Source of the DNA: Octopus vulgaris
Lineage: Eukaryota
Direction of reading: 5' to 3'
Assembly (NCBI GenBank): GCA_951406725.2
Contig: OX597816.1
Location: 109,430,001-109,494,000, forward strand
DNA: 64,000 nucleotides
How positions within the stretch are numbered: the stretch's first letter is position 1; every line of letters starts with the position of its first letter. Made by a program: the position numbers and the translations under genes. The notes beneath the pieces were generated by a model that was not told the origin of the DNA, made no database searches, and saw only the letters and a list, made by a program, of their open reading frames with translations. Below are positions 35,550-49,904 of the stretch, in pieces.

Positions 35550-38420
35550 TTACTTTAGTTTCAGCTCAGAGCTGTGGCTATGATGGGATGCTGCCGTTTT
35601 GCTACACTATTATTATTGAGAGCCCTCTTCAAATTTGTGGCACTTGGTGAAGAATGGAGTTTGATGTAGCTACCTTCAAATGAACCTCTTGCCATAAGGT
35701 AAGTTCATCTGGGACTCACGACAGGAAGAGGTTCAGTTTTGACTTGAAAACAACTACATCCACTTTGTGTAGGTGCCTCAGGCTCCTCGGATGAATATTA
35801 AAAAGCTGTGGGCACCTGAAACCCAGGCTCTAACTGGTTCTGAAGTGCGATGGCATTGCTAGAATCTTTGGCATTACGCAGTGTCGATCTGTTCTGGCAT
35901 TGGTGTAGCTTTCAATGCCAAAATTTGGCACAATTCCTTCCAGGATCTTCTAGATGTATATTACTGCATACCTCTCCCGTTTTCGCTCCAGGAAGTAGAG
36001 TCTTAGCTGTTTCAGCCTTTCCCAGTAGCTAAGCTTTTGCAATGAGAGGATCTTCTTTCTGAAGCTTCGCTAGATAGCTTCAAGGTCACCTGTTAATTTT
36101 ACACTGTTGGTTGACCATAGTTGGGAGCAGTAATCCAGGCGGCTGAGGACGAATATCTTACTGAGGACCATCATGGATTCCTTTTCTCTGGTTCTGGACG
36201 TTCTCAGGATCCATACAGCCAGTCGTCTGCACTTTGTCGCCATCTTGGTAATGTGCACTTGGAAAGAGGTATCATCACTCATGTTGATACCCAGGTCCCT
36301 CACTGGTAGCACAGAGCTTGGAATCTTTCAGCATTAAACTGCATATTATTATCCTCAGCCCATCTGTAAATAGAGTCCAACTCCTGCGGCAAGTGTGCAA
36401 CATCGCTGGATCCCTGAATTTTCTGAGAGATTTTCATATCGTCTGCTTAGCTAGCAAAGTGTGGCTATCCTGGCAGTTGAGAGCATATCTGAGAGAACCA
36501 CTATGAAAATCAGGGGTCCCAAGACAGTGCCCTGTTGAACACCGCTCATTAATTGTGTTTTCATTGAGGTGAGTCCATTGGCCACTACTGACTGACTTCC
36601 ATTTTTCAGAAAGTAATGAAACCACGCTCCAAGTTTTCCAACTATGCCAAGATCACACAATTTGTGACATATCATACCATGATCCACTTTATCGAAAGCT
36701 TTTGCAACATCAAGTTATATTACATCCACATTTGAGTTGTTGAGTAACTGCCTCAACATCTATTCATAGTGCTGTAAGAGCTGGATCAGGCAGCTCCTAT
36801 CTGGTTGAAAGCCATGCTAGGTATCTCTCAACAAGTTATTTTCTTCAAGGAATGCGATTAGTTTCCCTCTGACTATTCCTTCCATGACTTTGCTGATGGG
36901 TGAAGTCAGAGAGAGAGGACTATAGCTTTTAGTATATGCTCTGCTTCCCTCTTTATGGATTGATCTTATTATTCCCTCCTTCAGCTTGCTTGGCAGCCTG
37001 CCATTTGCAATAAAGCTCTGGAAGAAAATCTGTAGAAGTTTTGCCAATGCACGCTTACACGATTTGAAGAGGATTGCTGGGAAACCATCTGGATCAGCAG
37101 TTGAGTTTGCGTCCACCTCATCTATGGCAAGTAGTATATCTTCTTCGTTAATGTGGATGTATTCCATCGTATCTGCCTCGCTGGTTATAGGTGAGGGGAC
37201 AAAGAAATCCACTGGTTCGTTTACTTGTCTGTATTCCAACGGGGTGGTAAATACACTTTTGAACTGGTCATTCAGTACCTCAGTGTTCTTGGTTGGACTA
37301 CCTGTGAGGTAGCCATCCATTTGGAAGAGTGGTCCTGTCTTGCAGCGTACTGAGGCTGTTTCTTTCGCATAATGAAAGAGGACCTTTGGGATTGACTTAA
37401 TGTTTTTTTTATAACCCAGGCTCCTTTGTCTGCTCTCTTCCTCACATAGGATTGTTGCAGGCTTTTTTCATTCTTCATCTGTGTTGTTTTTAGGCAGGAC
37501 CTTTCGCCACTTTTGGAATGCTGGTTGAAGCGATTTTCAACCTCCGTCCGTCGTCTCATGAAGATCTTTCTTTCCTTTGGAATCTTGTTCCTTTTTGTGT
37601 TGGCCTTGTACTCTGGGACGTAGTTTTGGCATATGGTTTGCATAACAGACATGAAATATTCTAGTTTCATGCCAATGTCTGGTGTGGAGAGACATTTCGG
37701 CCAGTCCTGTCTGAGGATCTCTTTTTGGATCGATTTCTAGTCTGCTCTGTGGAAGTTCAGATTGGAAAGATTTTGTGTGCTCCCTTTAGGCTGTATGTCT
37801 CTGGCTCTATTATGTTGTGATCCGAAACTAATGTCGGCGTCACTTTCACATCACGAACGATGTCCGTATTGTTTGTGAAGCAGAGACCCAAAATGTTATT
37901 CGCCGTAGTTGGTCTGAGTACAACTTGCTCCATGACTAGGGAATTGGTGAGGGAGGTTGAGCAAAGACTCTGCCTGTGCTTGTTTGCAATGCGTCATTCC
38001 TGAGAGCATGACGCCTTCAGGCCATTTTGCATTGGGCAAGTTGAAATCTGCCATACGATATACGCTCACGTCGTGTTCCAGTTTCATGAGGATTTCTTTA
38101 ATTCTTGTGAGGCAATCTTCAAAGTTGCCTATGTGGTTTGGAGCATCCGATGGGCGATATGTATTGCATATGAGTATATTGTGTCGTCTTATGTATAGAA
38201 TTAGAGTGTCACGTACTGAATTTGAGTGTGACAGTTAGACCTGGGGTGTGAGGTCATCACGGATGTATACAGCAACTCCACCATGGCCCCTTACCTTTCT
38301 CCGTCTGTTCGCCGTATGGTATATTTTGGTAAGTGTATTTCTCCATCATGCATATCAGGGCTCAGATGAGTTTCCACGAGTGCTATGTATAGGGCTTAAT
38401 TGCAAGCAGCAAGGTCTCTC
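35550..38420 (-). mobile_element. Decayed CR1/Jockey-group LINE ORF2 (APE endonuclease plus reverse transcriptase)
   Basis: APE motifs GHGGVAVYI, TYRPSD, MADFNLP and SDHNII. RT motifs DPDGFPAILFK, YSPLSLTSPISKVME, LDVAKAFDKVDHG, SGVQQGTVLGPLIF and (Y>*)ADD, then VRDLGI...SRLDYCSQLWS. Many stops and frameshifts. Confidence 0.92.
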
Positions 38421-38498
38421 AGGAAAAAAAAAACTTTGCTTTTGTGTTGAAAGATATATACATATGTATATGTATATACCTTTTACCGCATGATTCTA

Positions 38499-38715
38499 CG
38501 AGGAGGTGATGAAACGTTCGTCGCTTTAAGCGTATCAGGAAAGGCTTGCCTGGAGGCCCAAAGTTCCTGGTCTATTAAAGCGCTTAGAAAAACTGAAGGA
38601 CCGGTGCAATAACTGTGTGAATCTCGGAGGTGTATATGTTGGATAAAATCATAATTAACTGATCCGTCTACATTTTCTTTTACCCAAACCCATGAACTTT
38701 TCGCACAAGCACTCG
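38499..38715 (+). mobile_element. Internally deleted mariner (MITE-like) with both TIRs
   Basis: TA|cgaggaggtgatgaaacgttc at the left and catgaacttttcgcacaagcactcg at the right. Retains the transposase C-terminus LEKLKDRCNNCVNLGGVYV. Confidence 0.65.
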
Positions 38716-38925
38716 CATGTAGATACACACTTATAGTTTATATCGAAACAAAATTCCTAGTATTTTATATAACATGTCAAATGCTAAGAAGTTCGTAATG
38801 AAGGATCAGTTTATTTGCATGAAGTCGATACACCTATGAAGTCGCCTTGCATCGCGTGTATATTTAATAATTCGATTGTGTTCCAAGTGAAGAGGTCAGG
38901 AGATATGATTAAATAATAAAAACGG

Positions 38926-38996
38926 CATTGCAAGAATATGCATTGCAATATGCATTGCAAGAATATGCATTGCAAGAATATGCATTGCAAGAATAT
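38926..38996. repeat. Minisatellite, about 5 copies of CATTGCAAGAATATG (one copy 3 nt shorter)
   Basis: Direct inspection. Confidence 0.9.
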
Positions 38997-39079
38997 TGTT
39001 TATGGGATATAAAAGAAAACACGTTCTTTTTACTAAGACGATCGTAACATCGATTTCAATTTCTGTTTTCCTCAATTAA

Positions 39080-39151
<72 letters not shown>

Positions 39152-39178
39152 GTGCGTGTGTGCATGCTTGAGTGAATA

Positions 39179-39269
<91 letters not shown>

Positions 39270-39270
39270 C

Positions 39271-39403
39271 TGGCGCGGTCCCAGGAATTTTTCAAAGGGC
39301 AGACACAACGTCAGGAGAAAAAGGTGTAATAACATTATTTAGAAGGGCGAATTTCGTTTCTTGAAGGTGGTGCGTGCTCCTTAGCTCTCTCTTGGCTTCG
39401 CCC

Positions 39404-39405
<2 letters not shown>
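39271..39405. mobile_element. Possible short MITE with GC-rich imperfect TIRs
   Basis: ggcgcggtcccagga at the left and tcttggcttcgcccatg at the right, set between (TA)n tracts. Confidence 0.35.
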
Positions 39406-39447
<42 letters not shown>

Positions 39448-39512
39448 GCATACATACATACATGTATATATTCATAAGTATAGTCCTGTATGCATATATA
39501 TAAATATATATG

Positions 39513-39545
<33 letters not shown>

Positions 39546-39602
39546 ATACATACTTACACGCATGCATATCTATATATATAAGAAGTAGAAAGTGAGAAAT
39601 TC

Positions 39603-39645
<43 letters not shown>

Positions 39646-40766
39646 CATATATATCCCTTTCTATTTCTCTCTGTTTCGCTTCCTACAATTTCCTGTTGTC
39701 TTACAATAAAATCTTTGCAACGGAGAAGGATGTAGTTTTCACGGATGGCGGAAGTCATACGTGTTTACTTAAACACTGTCTCACCACCCAAAAATCACAC
39801 CTGCGCACACACATAAGCACAAACTCGCAATCATACACTTTATATAAAGAAACGAAAGAAACGAAGTATATGTGTGTATGTTGCGTGTGTGTATATATAT
39901 ATATATATACGCACATAACACATTATGCATATAGTAGTTTGTAAAATGAGTATTATGTACTGGTGTACGTATATAAGAAAGCGACTAAGATTGCGTGTGA
40001 TGAATTTCAAAGCTTAACAATTTCTTCAGTTTTCTTCCATTTACGTAATATAGCGGACACAAACGTAAATGCACACACTCACGAAGTCACTCACGCACAT
40101 ATATCTCTTTATATAATCATTTATTTAACATTACGTGCGTCTCTCCGTTCTCTATGTGTGTGTGTGTGTTTGTGTGTGTATGTGGGTGAATATATGTTTG
40201 GGAGAAAAAAAAATCAACCCAAGACAACTGGAATGGAAGATGTCTACAGATTAGATTGCAATTTGCTGCCATTGGTGATGACATCCTGTTATTCTGACTA
40301 AATTGGAAATAACAGAAGGAAATCTTTGGAGAATTTCTCGTAACAAGCGCAACAATGCACATGCATATACTCACATATATTCACCCGCACGCACACACAC
40401 GCGCGCACACTCATTTATGTTTATATAAAATGAGACACGGACGCGTTGATACATGCGCCATTCATTATCCAGCAGAGCAAGAGAGTAGGATGAAAGATAA
40501 AGAAAGACCGAGACTGAGAAAGTAGAATGTTATAAGTCTGTATGTGTGCGTGCGATGGTGTATATGATGGAGGAATACGTATATGGAAGAGTAAGTAAGG
40601 TTTGCTAGACAAGTGAGAATAGTATTAAACAAATGGTATGTCTGCGAGAAAACGTATAAAGAATTGAAAAAGTTTGAAAGAAAAATGAGAGGAAACGGAC
40701 GAGGAAAAGTAGAGTCTATATGATATGACGAGATACGTAATTGTATTTTTATATATATACTACATA

Positions 40767-40999
40767 CAAGTTTGACCAAAAGTCATTTGACAGTAAATCA
40801 AAATTCCAAAAATACTATCTGTAATTCTGTATTGACTCGAATGGAAGAATGTATCGCTCATGAATAACTTTAGCTTGAACAATTTTCATGATGTTTCATA
40901 TTTAGATGTTTTTATTAAATTCATTCAGTTGTTAAACATAAATAAATCTTGAAATTAAACGGATTTGGTTTACTGTCAGCTGACTTTTGGCCAACTCTG
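40767..40999. mobile_element. Tc1/mariner-type MITE with TA TSD
   Basis: Left TA|caagtttgaccaaaagtcatttgacagtaaatcaaa; right tttggtttactgtcagctgacttttggccaactctg|TA. Confidence 0.75.
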
Positions 41000-42466
41000 T
41001 ATTTGTTTGTGCTATCATAGATGGTACAATAAATTTAGGTGGATACATAGTAGTACTATCCATAGATGCACCTAACACAAACATGCACATTTATACAAGC
41101 GCACACGCACACTTACACATACACACACACACAGCTCTCTGCTGAGTGGTCGCTATACAAGTTGGCCTGCACGCGTATTTCGTTTGGCATCATTCAAGCG
41201 AGGCGCTTCGCACCTGTAAAAATACTCATCGCCGCCTTATTTCAGCAGCTCTTATCGGCTTTTCGCAATATCTCGCATCTTCAGCAGAGAAACACGGCAG
41301 GTTTTCGAGGTAAGAACTGAAGCCATTGCATTATGCGTCATAAGACATTACCTTAACAGTCGAAGGAAAGACATACATATCTACTCAGAAGCAAGTGGCA
41401 CCTGCCCGTTCCGAATCATCAGAAACCTAATTATGTCACTATCGGTCACTATCGAATAGCTTTTGTTTTAGCAAGAAAGCTTTGTCTATTATAAAGAAAC
41501 CATCATATTTTGCATTGAAGAAATGTTTATTCTTGTTACAGGAACGTCTGCAATTTCTTTGCTAACTACTTCTAGCTTGCAAGAAGTCATGTATCCAATC
41601 TTTTCCCATCTATCGCTCTTTGCTAGTGACTCTAATTTAATCGCGTTCTCAGAGCACACACTACCGGTTGTGAACGATTACTGTAATCACCTACCACTCA
41701 ACTAATTCCTTGCACCGGTCTTTACGTGTCGGTAAGGACATTTCAATAACAGGGTTCCAATCAATAAGTCTTATCGAAGTCGACCGAGCAGACCACACAT
41801 CTGTCGTGAATGTAGCCGACTAGTTTGAACTGCTGACATTCTACTCTATCCCTATCCACTTATCTAAGAAATACTGTATCTAAGTACGACAAAGACGACA
41901 TGTTCTGGTTGCATCATGCTTATATTGATACATTAGGAGAATCCAGTCAGTACTTGTCAAACAATTGGAAACGTCTGAGCTGTTTTCCGAGGCTTTGGCT
42001 TCTTCACACTAGATTCCTCAATTTGCCTAAAATACAAAATATAGTTCCAGTCCTTCACTAGTAGCAGTGATTGCGGAAACTGGGCTTAAAAAGCAACTAA
42101 TGAAAATGGCACAATCTTCGCTGCCGTTGATATCTAGGACCACCAACTTACTGTTCAGATCCAAGAAGATGCTAACCAGTTGGCTGTTTCCAACTGACGT
42201 CGAGATGATATCATAAAGTCATCGGAAATGGTCTTTCCGTAGAGCCTGGACTATTGAATTTACGTCTATTGACTGAAGGTCATCATGCAAATTATTTGGC
42301 TTCCAAAATAACCGGAGGTCGTATACATGTATTCATTCGACTCTGAAGTAAGCCATGTCAATCAGAGAGCCGACCTTAGTCCTCAAGAAGGTCGGCTGAC
42401 TCAGTTTTCTTGATAGCTAAGTGGGACGTTTTGAAGGGCATTTGTAATGCATTTCTGCATTTTTCT

Positions 42467-42749
42467 AAAGAGGTATCATCACTCATGTTGATACCCAGGT
42501 CCCTCACTGGTAGCACAGGGCTTGGAATCTTTCAGCATTAAACTGCATATTATTATCCTCAGCCCATCTGTAAATAGAGTCCAACTCCTGCGGCAAGTGT
42601 GCAACATCGCTGGAGCCCTGAATTTTCTGAGAGATTTTCATATCGTCTGCGTAGCTAGCAAAGTGTGGCTATCCTGGCAGTTGAGAGCATATCTGAGAGA
42701 GCCACTATGAAAAGCAGGGGTCCCAAGACAGTGCCCTGATGAACACCGC
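42467..42749 (-). mobile_element. 283-bp duplicate of CR1-group LINE RT segment 36263-36545
   Basis: Ungapped alignment by eye gives 6 mismatches. ORFs 36318-36506 and 42522-42710 are near-identical. Confidence 0.9.
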
Positions 42750-43026
42750 ATCAAAAGGAAAAATTCTTTTTAAACCTATATGTCTTTGACTTTGTATTAA
42801 AAGTCTATCTATGTGAGTTTGTGGTAAAAGCCTTCCTCATTTGTAACAGTACCTTTCTTGTTTAGTACATCCTTCATTTTATGTTGCTCTTTCAAACAGC
42901 AGCGGAGTTGGTGATGTTTTCTTCTAGTACGTGTTGCTGCTGTTTCTGTGTTTTACTGGTGTAAGTAATTTCTTTACCTTTCTTTCTGTGATTGCAATTG
43001 GCATTGCTTTTGTGATTTTCGACCAA

Positions 43027-43430
43027 GCTGTTGACACTGGAGAGCATCTAGTGTTCATATGAATAGGCTCACACTTATCTTGAGCTGGCCCGTTTCTCCA
43101 GACTTCTTTTCCGCCTCAATTTCGTAACCCTGGTCAAGGGATGGCTGTTGATATTGAGACTGTGTATGTTTATACAAGCGCACTTATACACACACATACA
43201 CACATACAGACACACGTACACACACAGAGCTGTCTGCCAAGTGGTCGACAAACAAGTTGGCCTGCACACGTAGAGTGCTGTTGACACTGGAGAGCGTCTA
43301 GTGTCCATTTGAATAAGCTTATATTCATCTTGAACAGGTTCGTTTCTCCTGACTTCTTTTTCGCTTTAATTTCGTAACTAAGCGAAATCCTTGGCCCAGT
43401 GATGGTTTTTGATGTTGAGACTGTGTGCGT
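43027..43430. repeat. Diverged direct repeat, about 145-bp units at roughly 43027-43170 and 43277-43430
   Basis: gctgttgacactggagagc.tctagtgt...gacttctttt.cgc.t.aatttcgtaac...gat.ttgagactgtgt occurs twice. Confidence 0.75.
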
Positions 43431-43599
43431 GTTTGTGTTTAGGTTTTTCTGTGGTAAGTGGTGATGACATTCCTGGTAGTTTTTATTTATAAATGGGTTT
43501 GATATTGTTGTTTGCTGTTGTTCTAGGGATGCCTGTTGCTGCTATTGCTGTTGTTGTAACTACAGATTTTGGTCCTGTCGGATAGTGGATACATCTAAT

Positions 43600-43920
43600 A
43601 CTTTTCCCGTTCTTCCTTCTTCCCTCTCCCCTTTCTCCATCTCCCTCATGCCTCTCTTCCCCTTCTCATTTTTCACTCCTCCCCTCTTCCCATCCTCCAC
43701 TACCTTTTCCTCCTCCACCACTTTTTCCTCCTCTTCCTGTTCCTCCCCCCTCCCCTTCTCCTCCCGTCCCTTCATCCCCCTCCTCCTCCTCTCCTCTTTC
43801 TCGCCCTTCTACTCTTAACCATTACTTCCCCTTTTTACTTTTCTTTACCTTCCCTCCATCTTCGACCCTCCTCCGTCTTCGTCATACGCCTCCTCATTAT
43901 CTTCCTCCTACTCCTCCCCA
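43600..43920. repeat. Polypyrimidine (CT-rich) low-complexity tract
   Basis: Direct inspection. Confidence 0.85.
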
Positions 43921-44546
43921 CCATCATCACGATAACGGCGACATCAGCGACAATAACACCAAAACAGTAACAACAACAACAACAACAACAACCACAACAA
44001 CCACAACAGTAATATCAAAATATAACAATAAAGACGAAGCAATAACGAAACCAACAAATAACACAACCCGTAAAGCAGAGCTACCTTGCAATACTAACCA
44101 AAGACAAGAAGAAAAACTAAATAATACGAACTATTGATAGAGAAGTCAGCACTCCAAGTATCTGCATTACATATGAGAAAATGTAATAACAGTAAGTATT
44201 ATCAACATTATCACTGCCTTATTCACTGACGTTCCCAGCAGAATTGGCGAACACAAAAAGTAAACAACAAAACCAACGATAATAAGACCGACATCAACGA
44301 CAGCAACAACAATAACAAGTACAGCAGTAGTGAGAGCAGCAGCAACAATAAGTATAACGAATTCATTGAATGTTTCAGGCAAATCTTTTAAAATCTAAAA
44401 TGAACATAAACTACCTCAAGGGACACTATTAATTCAAAGGAATATATAAAATATACGTTGATATCATGTAAGTATGTATTTATGAATGTACATATGTATA
44501 AATATATATATGAATATATATGCATATATGTATGTATATATCCATG

Positions 44547-44579
<33 letters not shown>

Positions 44580-44583
44580 TATG

Positions 44584-44651
<68 letters not shown>

Positions 44652-45112
44652 TATATATGTATATATATATATATATATACATACATACATACATTTATAC
44701 ATCTATATCAATCATGTATCTATCTATATATGTATATATATGCGTATATATATATATATATGTGCATATATATATACATTTATATATATATACATTTATA
44801 TATACATATATATACACACATATATATAGTATACTCTGACACACACACACATATATATATGTGTGTGTGTGTATGTATGTATATATATATATGCATTTAT
44901 ACAATCACATAAATATATATATCATATAAACTCATGCGTGAAGACACATTTCTACATATATGAATGAAAACACACACTGATTCATACACGGGGACACACA
45001 CTCATACACACACAAATACACACACACACATATATATATATATGTGTGTATATATATATGTTTATATATATACTTACATATATAATTAAGATTCAGTTCA
45101 CACACATACATA

Positions 45113-45163
<51 letters not shown>

Positions 45164-45512
45164 GCACACATATATACGTGTGTGTGTATATATGTATGCG
45201 CGTGTGTTTATGTAAATGTATGCATCCATAAATGTATGTGCATACATATATTACAAAGAAAACGAGGATGGAAAGAGACTGAGAGATAGAGATTTATACC
45301 TATAACAGCTTCCCGCAAATACACGTACATTCACATACATACACCTATCGTCATTATCACTACATCATCTTTAATGCCGAAACGAAGAAAGCAAGTAGCA
45401 ACAAGAATAAAACCTATCGCTACGTGTATGATTATACAGTTGCATAGATACATTATTATAAACACACATTCCCACACACATTTGGATACACACACACACA
45501 TATATATATATG

Positions 45513-45581
<69 letters not shown>

Positions 45582-45862
45582 CACAAAGGAATATATATAT
45601 TGATATATGTTCGTATCTACATGTATGTATGTGTGTATGTATATATATGTATATATATATATACATATGTATATACATACTAAACGTAAACATAACTATG
45701 AATATATATATATATAAATGTGTATACACACATGCATATATATATATATATATATATATATCCACACGCATACACACAGATACAGAATCGAGAGCGACAC
45801 GAAGTGGAAATATGACCCCCCCCACCATATACATACATATTTGCAATCTCATCACCATCTAC

Positions 45863-45917
45863 ACATCTACACACACGCAAACATCTACACACACGCAAAC
45901 ATCTACACACACGCAAC
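45863..45917. repeat. Three copies of an 18-bp tandem repeat ACATCTACACACACGCAA
   Basis: Direct inspection; it gives STHTQT repeats in ORF 45374-45973. Confidence 0.85.
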
Positions 45918-46951
45918 CATACATTAATCTTGGCAACAATTTGTATTCTACGAAAGTTTTGGTTTCAATATAATGAACGAGATTTGCCAACTTTAAAGGG
46001 GAAGTTATTCGAAGATGGTGGAAATAGCGTAGGGGACTAAATTCAGAATACATACATGCATAAATACATACATAAATAAACTCAAATAAAAGGCTAAAAA
46101 CCATCGCATATGAAGAATTCTTTAACTGTAAAATATGGTAAAAATTCTTGAACGAATGCCAAAAATAGTTCCGAAAAATGGTTTGCTTCTTGATAAAATA
46201 AGAAATTCGATCTTTTTCGCGTGTCTTCTAATATATTTCAATAACATGAGAGTAGCTGCTAGCAGACATTGGGGCAGAGAAAGAGAGAGAGAGAGAGAGA
46301 TTAAGAGAGAGAGAGATTGAGAGAGAAGGTGAGAGAGAGATTGAGAGAGAAGGTGAAGGAGAGGGGAGAGAAACAGCGATGGAAAAAGAGACAGAGGGAG
46401 AGATATAGGAAGACATAGATAGTAAATTAGTAAGATGAGGTTTAGTTCTTATAAAGCCCAGATTTTAGATCGATTGGAACGTACAGCTTGATTAGCACCG
46501 AATAGTAAATATAATGAAGAAAGAAACCAAAAACCAAACCGAAATATCAAAACCAATAAGTATGCCATATCTTACTCTGTTCTTGAAAGGACCAGACCTG
46601 TTACAGATTACATGAAAATGGGCCATGTCCTGTTTACACTATACATATATATGCTCGTGTGTGTGTGCCTTAGTGTATGTGTGTGTATATATATTTATCG
46701 CCTCATATAAAAATAATGTGTGTAAGAGAGAGAGAAAAAAAGAAGAGAGATATTTGAGGGTATGGCCATCAGAAATAGAACAGAATAGGCAAATATTTCT
46801 TCAGTGACTCTTTGCTCTTGAGTCAATTATCTATCTTTGCAGCTAAAATTATTCATATATATATCTTTATCTATAAATCAATATACATCTATTTATGTAT
46901 GTATTTATATACATATACATACACATGTATGTTTGTATATATGTATGTATG

Positions 46952-46982
<31 letters not shown>

Positions 46983-47588
46983 ATATGTATATGTATATAG
47001 ATGCGCGTCCATATGTCTGTGTATGTATATTATTATTATCTAAAACAGTTTGATTCGGCTCCATACGACATTCGTAGGTTTCTTAAAGAAACCTAGCTCT
47101 TTCACACTCGGTAAACAGAGCCCGAAATATCTGGTATATGTAAGAGGCCATAAAACTCTAAGTCGCATGGAGCTGACTCAAGCTGTTATAAATAATAATA
47201 TATGTAACCCCAACTAAATGTGTTGCGTGCCTCATTGTCTCGATTGTCCGTACACATGCGCGCGCACACAAACGTACATACACACACACACGAGTCCCAG
47301 ATGAACCTACATCATAGAAAGAAACTCAAAAGCGAGCAACAATATCGCACCCCCTCTTTCCCCAAAATTCAATCACAAAAGAACGGCCATTGAAAGGGTG
47401 ATAACACTGGCGGTGCCCCTGCATGGCCACAGCCTTCGGGCTGAAAGGTATAAAAAATAAAGGAAAATAAGAATATATATATATACATCCACATCCACAC
47501 ACACACATATAGGGTGAGGATTCACGAAAAAAAAAAACAAAAGACGAAGACAGGTGGTGTTAATATAACGTTCAGGAATTGAAAAAGT

Positions 47589-47624
47589 CTTTAACGTTTC
47601 AAGCCGACGCTCTTCAACAGAAAG
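47589..47624 (-). ncRNA. Minimal type I hammerhead motif with an A6>U core mutation, sibling of 50011-50042
   Basis: Minus strand reads cttt-CTGTTGA-a-gagc-gtcg-gctt-GAAA-cg-TT-aaag. Confidence 0.6.
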
Positions 47625-47656
47625 GAATACAGAAAGAAACAAGGAGAGAAAAAATA

Positions 47657-47738
<82 letters not shown>

Positions 47739-48520
47739 GGTGTGCGTGTATGTGTGCGTGTGTGTGTGTGTTCGCGTGCCCACATACGCGTTGAGTATTG
47801 GCATAGTGAATGTATGATGTCGCATATTGTTCTAATAGCTTGGTGACACAAATAAAGACAAATCAATTATCAGACGAATTGACACGAACAATTTTCGTCG
47901 AAGGAATGCTTAATCATATTTATTAGTGCTCTGTATGAGTGGATCTGAGCTGTAACATCGGTACAACCGTATTAACCCATCCTGACAAGTTGTATAGTGT
48001 TATATATGTTTTACAAAAGTAAATCAAATAATTAAGAAACAAGACATGTTGAATAGGCAATTAAATATTAATAATGTTGAAATTTTACAGCTGATCCTAT
48101 TGGATAATTTGAATTTAATTCTACTTATGCATCGTCATTGCAAGTCAGCAGATAGTTGATACACTATATATATATATATCTAGATCAGATTGGCGATTTC
48201 GAATTTGTTTCAGTAGAGATACGAGTATAGGAAATTGATAAGTGGGGAAGGTTTCACTTTACCTAGCTCCAAAGTGTATTGTGATTTTTAACACTATACT
48301 TCTTCCAGACGGGAAACAACAGCTTCTGCTATTCAAACAACACAAATTCGTTAAGTATATACTATTAGTGATATTTGTATATTTGTATATTTATGCGTAT
48401 ACATTAATAAATATATACTTTTGCATATGTATATTCATATGTAAACATAAATACATTTGTAATTATCTATCTATCTAAAATTCTTTATCTTTTTTTTTCT
48501 CTCTCTCCCTTCCTCCATCA

Positions 48521-48622
<102 letters not shown>

Positions 48623-48623
48623 G

Positions 48624-48859
48624 GTAATTGCAACATGGAAAGCTCAAGTTAGTCATTCAGAAAAACACAAACACTATTATCTTCATTTAAACATTTATTT
48701 GTATTATGACTAAAAGCTTTTTGTCAGTGGACACGTCGCAGTTTTGAGCACAGGAAATTTTGATACCATAACACAAATAAATGTTTAAGTGAAATTAATG
48801 ATCTTTGTCTCTTTATGTGTTTCTGAATAGCTAGCTTGTGTCTTCCACGCTGCAATCAC
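48624..48859. mobile_element. Long imperfect inverted-repeat (foldback) MITE-like element
   Basis: gtaattgcaacatggaaagctcaagttagtcattcagaaa...cttcatttaaacatttatttgtattatg pairs with cataacacaaataaatgtttaagtgaa...tttctgaatagctagcttgtgtcttccacgctgcaatcac. Confidence 0.75.
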
Positions 48860-48967
48860 TTTAGATTCAGCACACGATGTCATAATAATAAAAAGAAAAA
48901 TTATTATGCAAGTAAATCATACGCGCAATTGACATACATGCATATATATATATAAATATAAATATAA

Positions 48968-49039
<72 letters not shown>

Positions 49040-49865
49040 CTACATTACAAACTTACAAGTCATATATGTAACTCACGCGTGCACATGCGGACACGTACAT
49101 ATATGTATATATCTATCTTTTTATATATGCATACAGATATACACAGAGACACGTATATCTATATATATTTGCTTATTCGCATTCGTGTTCAAGCTTTTCG
49201 GATTTCAAACTTGAACGTGGAGCGCCGGCCATCATCACTACCAGTCAGCCTCTATATTTGGTGAAGAAGCTCACAATCTTTGTAGAACGATATCTAGCGA
49301 CAAAGTCCTAGAAACCGAGTTGAGTCATCGGATATATTCGGGAGCACTGGCTTTTCGAGTTCTCAAGTATCTATAAGAAAACATTGTTGCATAAAACTGT
49401 CAGCACTATAGGAATGTTTCCGAGCTTTATCATTGTCCTGCATGATAGAGTCTAGTAAGTGCTACACGCTATATCGTTGGCATAAAATAAACAATTAGTT
49501 TCCAACGTCGAGTCGTTCCTGTTGAAATATATGTTCAGATACATACATATATAAATATATGTTTGCATACACATACACACACGTACACGCATTCACACAC
49601 AAACGCACACGCACACACACATATGAGTAGATAGGGATAAATAATCCTGGCGGGCACTGTAAGAGCACGCAGTTATAATCCAAGTCTAGGCTAACTGCAT
49701 TGAGCTGCAAGGAACACGAAGGATTACTTAGAATGAGCAATCCCACTGTAATTCATCCGAGAGATAAACCCTGGGTCCGCTTCACTGGACTCTGAATATT
49801 TTGCTGTATTTATATATTCTTTTATTTGTTTACTTGTTTACTTGTTTCAGTCATTTGGCATACAC

Positions 49866-49904
<39 letters not shown>

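Noticed and set aside
38926-38996. 15-bp repeats as a CRISPR-like array
   Set aside because: The repeats are contiguous with no spacers, the context is eukaryotic and there are no cas genes.
47075-47095. Near-perfect palindrome taggtttctt-a-aagaaaccta followed by a gctct...agagc-ccGAAA stem
   Set aside because: There is no CUGANGA core upstream, and it is too short to assign a function.
49705-49780. Possible hammerhead remnant (acgaaggatta...aattcatcc...aaaccctgggtc)
   Set aside because: Both core segments are disrupted, so it cannot be supported beyond resemblance.
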